DNA from: Candidatus Eiseniibacteriota bacterium
GTDB lineage: Bacteria > Orphanbacterota > Orphanbacteria > Orphanbacterales > Orphanbacteraceae
Length of the DNA: 44,628 nucleotides
Assembly: GCA_043809585.1 (NCBI GenBank)
Contig: JBDROZ010000019.1
Coordinates: 1-44,628 of the forward strand
Direction: 5' to 3'
Each line of letters opens with the position of its first letter. The first letter of the stretch is position 1. The translations under genes and the position numbers were made by a program. This document shows, piece after piece, positions 36,962 through 44,628 of this stretch. The notes under the pieces are model-generated. The model saw only the letters and a list, made by a program, of their open reading frames with translations, was not told the DNA's origin and did not search any database.

Positions 36962-39613
36962 GTGATTCTCTTCGCCCGGTCTCCCCTTCGCCGCACGGCG
37001 GTCCGGGGCCTTCTCGCCCTCTCCCTTCTCGGGGCTCCGGCGATCGCCGGGGCGGCGCCGGGGGGGGAGGCCCGGACGGTCCGGGCGGTCCGGGTTCCCT
37101 CCGGCGCGATCCGGGTCGACGGCATTCTCCGGGAGCCGGCGTGGGAGGGGGAGCCGGGGACCGCCGGCTTCATCCAAAAGGACCCCGCCGAGGGGGAGCC
37201 GTCCAGCCGCCGCACCGAAGTCACTTTCCTCTACGACGGCGAAGCTCTCTACGTAGGGGCCCGGATGTCCGCCCCGGACCCCTCGGCGATCCGTGCGATC
37301 GTGAGCCGCCGGGACAACGCGGGCAACTCGGAACGGCTCATCGTCACCCTCGACACCTATCTCGACCGCCGCACGTCGTACAGCTTCGCCGTAACCGCCA
37401 CGGGCGTACGAATCGACTACTACCACCCGGACGACGGGGAGGGAGACCGGGACTATTCGTTCGACCCGGTCTGGGAGGCCCGGACGGCGACAGGCGACAC
37501 GGCATGGACCGCGGAGATGCGGATCCCCTTCTCTCAGCTCCGGTTCAGCGGGTCGGGGGGCCAAGTGTGGGGCCTGAACATGAACCGTTGGATGCCGGAC
37601 CGAAACGAGGACGCCTATTGGGTCTTGATCCCGAAGAACGAGACGGGCTGGGCCTCCCGGTTCGGGGAGCTCCACGGCATCGAGGGGATCGCCTCCTCCC
37701 GGCGGATCGAGCTCCTCCCCTACGGCGCCGGAGACCTTCGCCTCCGGCGCGGGGTCCGGGAGGACGATCCCTTCGTGGAACCGACCGAGTGGGACGGGCG
37801 GGCGGGGACCGATTTCAAGATGGGCCTCGGGCCGAACCTGACCCTCGAGGGAACGGTGAACCCCGACTTCGGCCAGGTCGAGGCGGACCCGGCGGAGGTC
37901 AACCTGACCGCCTACGAGACGATCTTCTCCGAGAACCGGCCCTTCTTCATCGAGGGGAGCCGTCTCCTCCGGGGGGACGGGCACGATTACTTCTACTCCC
38001 GCCGGATCGGCGCGCCCCCCCACGGCGATCCGGACTCCGATCACCTGGACGCCCCCGAGAACACCACGATCCTCGGCGCGGCGAAGCTGACCGGGCGGTT
38101 GCCGTCCGGCCTCTCCGTCGGGGCCCTCGGCGCATGGACCGCGAGGGAGTACGCGAAGACCCGGTGCGACTCCACGGGCGCCCGGGGTCGCGTGAAGGTG
38201 GAACCCCTGACGGGGTACGGCGTCCTCCGGCTGCAACAGGAGTACGGCCCGAACCAATCCACCCTCGGCCTCACCCTGACGGGGGTACGGCGGGATCTGG
38301 ATCCGGAGGAGGGCCTCGCCGGCCAGATCCCCCGCTCGGCCTTCACCGGCGGCGTCGACGGCCTCCACTATTTCCGGGAGAAGGAGTATCTCGTCCGCGC
38401 CGGCGCGGGCTTCAGCCACGTGCGCGGGGAGAGGGGCGCGATCATCGGGATCCAGCGGTCGAGCGCCCATTACTTCCAGCGTCCCGACGCGGGGCACGTG
38501 GAGGTCGACTCGACGAGCGCGTCCCTATCCGGCGCCCATGCGTCGGTCTCCGTCGAGCGCATGGCGGGACGCCACTGGCTCTGGGACGGCGGCGCATCCT
38601 TCGAGTCCCCCGGCTTCGAGCTGAACGACATGGGGGAGCTTCAGTCGGCGGACGACATCGACGCCTGGGCGGGCCTCCGCTACCGGGAGACCGCTCCGGG
38701 CACGGTCCTCCGAAACTACGCCATCGGCCTCCACAATGTGCGCTCGTGGAATCTCGACGGCGACCCGACGGGCGGGGGGCACGAAGTCTACGTGAATGTT
38801 ACGTGGCTGAACCACTGGACGAGCTGGTGCGGCTATTACATCAGGCCCCGCCGGAAGAGCGACTCCCTCACCCGCGGCGGCCCCCTCATGGAGACCCTCC
38901 GTCTCCACAACGCCTGGATCGGGGGGGGGACCAACATGGCCTCCAACATCCGTTGGGACGGGGGGGCCGCCTTTTACTGGTGGGAAGAGGGCGGATGGAC
39001 CCGGGAAGCGGAAGCGGAACTTTCGGTCCGGGCCGGCGGCCGCTGGGAATTCTCCCTCGAACCGTACTACGGCCGAACCGAGGAGCCCCGCCAGTACGTG
39101 GCGACCCTCGATGACGGCCGGGAATCGACCTACGGAAAGCGGTACGTCTTTTCCCGGATCGAGCGTTCCACGGTGAGGGCCCGGCTCCGGTTGAATTACG
39201 CCTTCCACCCGGACCTCACCCTCGAGGCGTACGCCGAGCCCTTCGCCGCGAGCGGCCGCTACTACGCATTCGGGGAGCTCGAGGCCGCCGGCAGCCGGGA
39301 TCTCGTCGTTTACGGGGAAGACGGCGGAACCATCATCGTCCGGAACGAAGACGGCTCGCGGACCGTGACCGACGGGAATGCCGAGTTCGACTTGGGCGAC
39401 CACGATTTCCGGGTCCTCTCCTTCCGGAGCAACGTCGTTCTCCGCTGGGAGTGGCGCCGGGGGAGCACGCTCTACCTCGTCTGGCAGCAGAACCGGGGGG
39501 CGGACGACGATCCGGGGAGATTCGTGGGGGGCCGGGACCTTCTTGACAGCATCAAGAGCGGGGGGGACCACTTCTTCGGCCTGAAGATCTCTTACTGGCT
39601 CCCTCTATCTTGA
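36962..39613 (+). CDS. DUF5916 outer-membrane protein with N-terminal CBM9-like domain
   Basis: IRVDGILREPAW, LYDGEALYVG, WTAEMRIPFSQLRF, TVNPDFGQVEAD, ENRPFF, FYSRRIG, C-terminal KISYW. Confidence 0.85.
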   Translation: MILFARSPLRRTAVRGLLALSLLGAPAIAGAAPGGEARTVRAVRVPSGAIRVDGILREPAWEGEPGTAGFIQKDPAEGEPSSRRTEVTFLYDGEALYVGARMSAPDPSAIRAIVSRRDNAGNSERLIVTLDTYLDRRTSYSFAVTATGVRIDYYHPDDGEGDRDYSFDPVWEARTATGDTAWTAEMRIPFSQLRFSGSGGQVWGLNMNRWMPDRNEDAYWVLIPKNETGWASRFGELHGIEGIASSRRIELLPYGAGDLRLRRGVREDDPFVEPTEWDGRAGTDFKMGLGPNLTLEGTVNPDFGQVEADPAEVNLTAYETIFSENRPFFIEGSRLLRGDGHDYFYSRRIGAPPHGDPDSDHLDAPENTTILGAAKLTGRLPSGLSVGALGAWTAREYAKTRCDSTGARGRVKVEPLTGYGVLRLQQEYGPNQSTLGLTLTGVRRDLDPEEGLAGQIPRSAFTGGVDGLHYFREKEYLVRAGAGFSHVRGERGAIIGIQRSSAHYFQRPDAGHVEVDSTSASLSGAHASVSVERMAGRHWLWDGGASFESPGFELNDMGELQSADDIDAWAGLRYRETAPGTVLRNYAIGLHNVRSWNLDGDPTGGGHEVYVNVTWLNHWTSWCGYYIRPRRKSDSLTRGGPLMETLRLHNAWIGGGTNMASNIRWDGGAAFYWWEEGGWTREAEAELSVRAGGRWEFSLEPYYGRTEEPRQYVATLDDGRESTYGKRYVFSRIERSTVRARLRLNYAFHPDLTLEAYAEPFAASGRYYAFGELEAAGSRDLVVYGEDGGTIIVRNEDGSRTVTDGNAEFDLGDHDFRVLSFRSNVVLRWEWRRGSTLYLVWQQNRGADDDPGRFVGGRDLLDSIKSGGDHFFGLKISYWLPLS

Positions 39614-40351
39614 TCACGGCCGTTCGTCGGAGGCGACGGCGCCGTCGTGGAGCTTGACGATGCGGCGGGTTCGCTTCGCGATGAACTCGTCGTGGGTGAT
39701 GAGCACCAGCGTGTGCCCCTCCCGCCACAGGTCCTCGAACAGGTGAACGATGTCCTTCCCCGCCCCCGAGTCGAGGTTTCCCGTCGGCTCGTCGGCGAGG
39801 ATGATGTCCGGATCGCAGGCGAGGGCCCGGGCGATGGCGACCCGCTGCATCTGCCCGCCCGAGAGTTCCGTGGGCCGGTGCTTCATCCGGTCCGCCAGGT
39901 CCACCTGCTCGAAGAGCCGTTCCACCCGCTCCTTCCGCTCCTTGGTACCGGCACCCTTGAAGAGGAGGGGCATCTCGACGTTCTCGAACGCCGTGATCTG
40001 GGGGAGCAGGTTGAAGTTCTGGAAGACGAAGCCGATCCGCTCGTTCCGGATCTCGGCGAGGCGGTCCGGGTCGAGCTTGCCCACTTCCTCCCCCCGGAGG
40101 CGGTAGGAGCCGTCCGTCGGCGTGTCGAGACAGCCGACGATGTTCATGAGCGTCGATTTCCCGGAGCCCGAGGGGCCGACGATGGAGATGAACTCGTTTT
40201 CGGCGATCGCGAGGTCGATTCCACGGAGCGCATCGACGCTCACCGCGCCGGTTCGGTAGGACTTCCGGATCCCCAGGAGATCGATCAGGTGCCCGTCCGA
40301 CGCCCCCTCTTCACCGCCGCTCCTCTTCCTACCCGCGAATACGCCGAGCAT
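39614..40351 (-). CDS. ABC transporter ATP-binding protein (MacB/LolD type)
   Basis: [33 protein letters not shown]. Confidence 0.93.
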   Translation of the reverse strand: MLGVFAGRKRSGGEEGASDGHLIDLLGIRKSYRTGAVSVDALRGIDLAIAENEFISIVGPSGSGKSTLMNIVGCLDTPTDGSYRLRGEEVGKLDPDRLAEIRNERIGFVFQNFNLLPQITAFENVEMPLLFKGAGTKERKERVERLFEQVDLADRMKHRPTELSGGQMQRVAIARALACDPDIILADEPTGNLDSGAGKDIVHLFEDLWREGHTLVLITHDEFIAKRTRRIVKLHDGAVASDERP

Positions 40352-40365
40352 GATCCTGATCCTCC

Positions 40366-41622
40366 CTACTCGTGCCGGAGCGCCACCGCCGGCTGCACCG
40401 TCGCGGCCCGGCGGGAGGGAAAGTAGCCGGCCATCATGCCGATCATCCCGAGAAGGGTGACGGTCGCGAGGGCGATGGGCATGGAAAAGGTCGGCTCGCC
40501 GATGAACTCGAGGGCCTCGCTGTTCGCCCGGGATTGGACGAAACCGAGCCCCCGGACCATGAGATAGCCGAGGGAGATGCCCATGGCGCCGCCGAGGGCC
40601 GTGATCGAGAGCGCCTCCATCACGATCGGCCCCATGATCGCGCTCCGCCGCGCGCCGATCGCCATCTGCACGCCGATCGCGTGGGTCCGCTGCTTCACCA
40701 CGGCGTACATGATGTTCGCCACCCCCACGCCGCCGATGAGAAGCGTGAGCCCTCCGATGACGCCGAGGAAGACCTCGATGCCGACCATGATCTTGCCCAA
40801 GGTCCGGGCCGACTCGATCGTGTCCCAGACATGGGTCGCCCCCGGGTCCTCCGGGTCGTACTTGTACTTCGCCCCGAGGACCTCGTTGATCCGCCGCTTC
40901 ACGTACTCGCCCCCGTTCACGTCCTTCGGTTTCACCACCATGTCGTCGAGATACGGATCACCGAGGAGCGCCTGAAACGTCGAAAGGGGAATCACCGCGT
41001 GATCCTCGTCGGGACCGCCGTACATCCCCATCTGCTTCTTCTCCCGCATCACGCCGATCACGGTGAAGGGGGCGTTGCCGACGAGCACCCGCTCCCCCAC
41101 CGGGTCCCGGTCTCCGAAGAGGTCCTTCTTCAGATTGAATCCCAGAAAGATCACCCGGCGCTTCAGCCGCTGGTCGAGGTCGTTGATGAACCGTCCCCCC
41201 GGCTCGGGGTAGTGGTTCCGCAGGGGACCGAATTCGGGCTCCGCGCCGACCAGTTTCTTGTTCAGCACATTCCGCCCGTAGGCGAGCTGCGTTCCCCATC
41301 GAACCATCTCGCCGCTGATCGACTCGATTTCCGGAATGCGGCCGACGAGAAGGTCCGTGTCTTCCGGAAGGAAGCGGACCTGCCGCCCCGGCCCGAACCC
41401 CTCGAAGGCGTTGTCGGTCCGTCCGGGCCACACGACCAGGATCCCGCTCCCGGTCCCCTTGTTCCCATCCTCCATGCTCCGCTTCAGACCCTCGCCGAAC
41501 GAGAGGAGGAGAACGATGGAAATGGTTCCCCAGGCGATGGCCATCACGGTGAGGGTCATCCGCTTGCTCTGGATGCGGGCGGCCCGTTGGAAAAGACGAA
41601 CGATCAGCATGGGGCGGTACAT
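40366..41622 (-). CDS. MacB/FtsX-type ABC permease
   Basis: IAWG TM1, periplasmic GRFIN, GGVGVANIM, P..AL C-terminus. Confidence 0.9.
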   Translation of the reverse strand: MYRPMLIVRLFQRAARIQSKRMTLTVMAIAWGTISIVLLLSFGEGLKRSMEDGNKGTGSGILVVWPGRTDNAFEGFGPGRQVRFLPEDTDLLVGRIPEIESISGEMVRWGTQLAYGRNVLNKKLVGAEPEFGPLRNHYPEPGGRFINDLDQRLKRRVIFLGFNLKKDLFGDRDPVGERVLVGNAPFTVIGVMREKKQMGMYGGPDEDHAVIPLSTFQALLGDPYLDDMVVKPKDVNGGEYVKRRINEVLGAKYKYDPEDPGATHVWDTIESARTLGKIMVGIEVFLGVIGGLTLLIGGVGVANIMYAVVKQRTHAIGVQMAIGARRSAIMGPIVMEALSITALGGAMGISLGYLMVRGLGFVQSRANSEALEFIGEPTFSMPIALATVTLLGMIGMMAGYFPSRRAATVQPAVALRHE

Positions 41623-41623
41623 G

Positions 41624-42853
41624 TCACATCCTCAGGGCTTCGACGGGGTTCAGGTTGGCGGCGGTCCGGGCGGGGAAATACCCGGCCAGGAGTCCGATGA
41701 CGCCGAGGATCCCCGCGGTGAGGGACGCGGTCTTCAACGAGAGGGACGGGTTCCCCACGTGCTCCGAGAGCCCGAGGGCGGGGACGAGGGAAACGATGCC
41801 GTAGCAGATCAGGAAGCCGAGGGCCCCGCCGACAAAGGTGATCAGCATGGTCTCGGTGAGGAACTGGCCGACCACGTAACCCTTCTTCGCGCCGAGGGCC
41901 ATCTTGATCCCGACCTCTTTCGTCCGCTCCTCGACCACCACGTTCATGATGTTGCTGACGCCGATGCCCCCCACCACGAGGGTGAGGGCGCCCACGACGC
42001 CGAGGAAGACGTTGAAGGCGAGGAAGAAGGTGCCGATGAAGTCGAGCATCTCCGTCGTGTCCCACATCATGACCGCCTCCTTGTCCTCGGTGTCGAACTT
42101 GTGGGTCCGGGCGAGAGAGGCGATCACCCCCTCCTTCGCCCTCTCCACGTTCTTCGGGTCGTCGACGGAGAAAACGAAGTTGTCCGGGTACTGCCGGCCG
42201 TAGATCGCCTTGAAGGTGCTGCTCGCGATCGTCGCCCGGTCCTTGTCCCGGCCGTTATAGGACGAGTCCTGGTCCTTCGGCTTCATGACGCCCACCACCA
42301 GGTAGGGCATGCGGTTCACCATGACGTAGCGGCCCACGGCGTCGATGGCGCCGAACAGGTTCTCCTTCAGTTCATCGCCGAGGAATACGCAGCGGCGGCG
42401 GCGCTCCGCGTCGAGGGAATTGACGAAACGGCTCCCCTCCTCGGGGATGATGTTCCTCATGGCGGCGAAGGTCGGGTTCACGCCGACCAGGGTCGGGGAG
42501 ACCGTGTTCCGCCCGGCCTTGAAGGTGAGGCCTCCCGAGCTGTACTCGGCGCTGATCGCGGCGATCTCCGGCACCTCGCCCGCGAGGCGGTCGATGTCCG
42601 CCTCCGTCACCCGGAGGGGACGCCCCCGGGGGAGGCCGGCGAAGGGCTTGCTCGTCCGGGTCGGCCAGCAGATCACTATGTTCTCGCCGATCCCCTTCAT
42701 CGACTTCGTCACATGCCCGCGGAAGCCCTCTCCGAAGGCGAGGAGGAGGGCCACGGCGACCGTCCCCCACACGATCCCGAAGAGGGTGAGCGCGAGCCGG
42801 AGCTTCTGGGCCCGGACGTCGCGGAAGAACTGCTTGAGATAGCCCCGGATCAT
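41624..42853 (-). CDS. MacB/FtsX-type ABC permease
   Basis: LTLFGIVWG, GGIGVSNIM, ERTKEVGIKMALGA, PARTAANLNPVEAL. Confidence 0.92.
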   Translation of the reverse strand: MIRGYLKQFFRDVRAQKLRLALTLFGIVWGTVAVALLLAFGEGFRGHVTKSMKGIGENIVICWPTRTSKPFAGLPRGRPLRVTEADIDRLAGEVPEIAAISAEYSSGGLTFKAGRNTVSPTLVGVNPTFAAMRNIIPEEGSRFVNSLDAERRRRCVFLGDELKENLFGAIDAVGRYVMVNRMPYLVVGVMKPKDQDSSYNGRDKDRATIASSTFKAIYGRQYPDNFVFSVDDPKNVERAKEGVIASLARTHKFDTEDKEAVMMWDTTEMLDFIGTFFLAFNVFLGVVGALTLVVGGIGVSNIMNVVVEERTKEVGIKMALGAKKGYVVGQFLTETMLITFVGGALGFLICYGIVSLVPALGLSEHVGNPSLSLKTASLTAGILGVIGLLAGYFPARTAANLNPVEALRM

Positions 42854-42860
42854 GATCGTC

Positions 42861-43952
42861 CTACTCGATTTCCTTCGGCGGCGCCTGCCAGACCTCGTCC
42901 CCCTCCTCGAGGCCGGAGAGGACTTCGAGCCGGAGACCGTCGGAGAGGCCCACCTCGATCTCCCGCCGCTCCGGCTCCGTGCCCGCGTCCGCCGGCGGCA
43001 GGTCCACGTACGCCTTCTCCCCCTCGAAGATGACGAGCCGCTCGGGGAGGAGGAGCACGTCCTCCTTCTCCCGGATGATGATGTCCGCGTTCGCCGAGTA
43101 GCCGGCCCGGAGGTACGCGTCGCCCAGGGACTCGATCTTCACTTCCACGTCGAAGAGGGTCAATCCGTCGTCCTCCTTCGCTTTCGGCGCGATCCGCGCG
43201 AGCCGTCCCTCGATCTCCGCGTCGGGGAGGGCGCCGACGTGGATTCGCGCGGACAGGCCTTCGTCCAGCTTGCCCACATCGATCTCGTCCACCGTCCCCT
43301 CGAAGACCAGCTCCGCCATGTCCGCGATCGTGAGAAGCACGGTTCCCTCCTGGAAAGAAGTGAGGGGAACCACCGGGTCGCCCGGATCGACGAGGCGCTC
43401 GAGGACCGTGCCGGCCTCGGAGGCGCGGATCACGGAGTCGATGTTGCGGACCCCCCGGGAGTACTTGCCCTCTTTGATGAGATCGAGCCGCTCCCGGGCG
43501 AGGTCCTTCTGGACCCGCACCTCGTCGTACGCCTCCTTCGCGGCGTCGAGATCGTCCTCGGAGACGAGCCCGCTCTCGCGCAGGCTCCGGGTCCGCTCGT
43601 GATCGAGTTCGGCCCTGCTATAGGAGATCTCGGCCAGCTGCAGATTCCGCTCCGCCTCGGTCAGCTCCATGGGCGTCGGGTTCGGGACGATCTCCACCAG
43701 CTTCTGGCCCTTGGACACGACGTCCCCGACATCGACGAAGCAGGTCTTCACGATGCCCGAGATCTGGGACTTCACCTCGATCTCCTGGCGCGGAACGATC
43801 TGCCCCGTGGCGAGGGCCTTGTCGACGATCGAACCCCGCTCGACGGCGACCCTCTTTCCGCCCCCTTCCTTCCCGTTCGAGCTCCTCGTGCCGTAGACCA
43901 CGCCGACCGCGGCGAGGACCAGCACCAAACCGATGATCAGCAGCTTCTTCAT
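42861..43952 (-). CDS. Efflux periplasmic adaptor (MacA/HlyD-like MFP)
   Basis: N-terminal TM, VKSQISG, VDVGDVV.KGQ, coiled-coil hairpin, VDEIDV, GLEEGD. Confidence 0.9.
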   Translation of the reverse strand: MKKLLIIGLVLVLAAVGVVYGTRSSNGKEGGGKRVAVERGSIVDKALATGQIVPRQEIEVKSQISGIVKTCFVDVGDVVSKGQKLVEIVPNPTPMELTEAERNLQLAEISYSRAELDHERTRSLRESGLVSEDDLDAAKEAYDEVRVQKDLARERLDLIKEGKYSRGVRNIDSVIRASEAGTVLERLVDPGDPVVPLTSFQEGTVLLTIADMAELVFEGTVDEIDVGKLDEGLSARIHVGALPDAEIEGRLARIAPKAKEDDGLTLFDVEVKIESLGDAYLRAGYSANADIIIREKEDVLLLPERLVIFEGEKAYVDLPPADAGTEPERREIEVGLSDGLRLEVLSGLEEGDEVWQAPPKEIE

Positions 43953-44305
43953 GGCGTTCCGCTCCTAGAGGCCCCGGACGGCCCCCCCGGAGGGCCGGAA
44001 CGAAGGCGGCGGGGACCTCGGGCTTCGTGGGTTTTCCTCTCAGAAGGACTCGGGTGCGGCCCCTTCCGTTCATTGTGTTTGGTCGGTGGCGGGGGCTTTC
44101 GAACGGATTACGTCCGAGAGGCGTGCACGGTTTCCCCGGAACCGGGAATCGGCCCTCGTGCTTCGGGGGCCCTCCCATCACCGATTTCCGCCGGGAGGGG
44201 GATCGAGGACGCCCCTAACACTATGATATTATGGACAATGCGAAGGTGTCGCGCAGGCCGGGTCGCATCTTTCGGCTCGATGGCCCGGGGATCCGATGAA
44301 ACGAT

Positions 44306-44330
44306 GAAAGCCCCGCGGCGCGGGGCCTTC
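44306..44330 (-). terminator. Intrinsic terminator downstream of tRNA-His
   Basis: Minus strand GGCCCCGC-GCC-GCGGGGCT followed by TTCATCGTTTC. Confidence 0.6.
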
Positions 44331-44341
44331 GGCAGTTCGAA

Positions 44342-44418
44342 TGGGGTGAGCGACGGGGCTAGAACCCGCGACAACCAGAGCCACAGTCTGGAGCTCTACC
44401 AGCTGAGCTACGCCCACC
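44342..44418 (-). tRNA. tRNA-His(GTG) with encoded G-1 and CCA
   Basis: Reverse complement GGTGGGCGTAGCTCAGCTGGTAGAGCTCCAGACTGTGGCTCTGGTTGTCGCGGGTTCTAGCCCCGTCGCTCACCCCA. Confidence 0.95.
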
Positions 44419-44500
44419 ACGATTACCGGAAAGTGTACTTCAGGGGGGCGGACGAGGCAAGATGGAAGGGGGTGCGCGGCGGGGGGTCGCGGGGGGTGGC

Positions 44501-44628
44501 GGAGTACGGGTGGGGCGGAGTACGGGTGGGGCGGAGTACGGGCGGGGCGGAGTACGGGCGGGGCGGATTACGGGCGGGGCGGAGTACGGGCGGGGCGGAG
44601 TACGGGCGGGGCGGAGTACGGGCGGGGC
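44501..44628. repeat. 16-bp G-rich tandem repeat, at least 8 copies, running off the window edge
   Basis: Unit GGAGTACGGG(C/T)GGGGC; copies 1-2 carry T, copy 5 reads GGATTAC. Confidence 0.95.

Noticed and set aside
44501-44628. CRISPR array or coding repeat
   Set aside because: Head-to-tail 16-mers with no spacers; unit length is not a multiple of 3.

Overview
GC-rich bacterial chromosomal window. Three exported proteins end in a FlgD-Ig/T9SS-CTD-like tail, which suggests an FCB-related candidate lineage such as Eisenbacteria, Latescibacterota or Krumholzibacteriota (inference only). The window opens with the 3' end of tmRNA. That end is duplicated about 4.9 kb downstream (113-136 vs 5050-5073), defining an integrase-less islet. 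The islet carries a 117-bp palindromic tandem repeat, a small GIY-YIG nuclease, an inverted-repeat-bounded RAYT transposase remnant and a large secreted metzincin. Next come a TMTC-like GT-C/TPR protein, a Ser/Thr kinase-TPR-thioredoxin (CxxS) fusion, a 160-nt rod-like hairpin, a lipoprotein, a sulfatase-like protein and a secreted EEP nuclease/phosphatase. These are followed by a divergent CHASE2 + DUF928-like / TPR-CHAT module, a five-gene envelope operon (including a YidD-domain fusion and OmpA), tRNA-Lys and a frameshifted GT-C/TPR gene. The remainder holds nupC, DUF1573, a selenocysteine-containing selD (in-frame UGA plus hairpin), a DUF2079 gene with an in-frame UGA, a GH57/GH119-like amylase, a DUF5916 outer-membrane protein, a MacAB-like ABC exporter operon, tRNA-His and a G-rich 16-bp tandem repeat at the right edge. 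All family calls come from motif recognition by eye; no searches were run.
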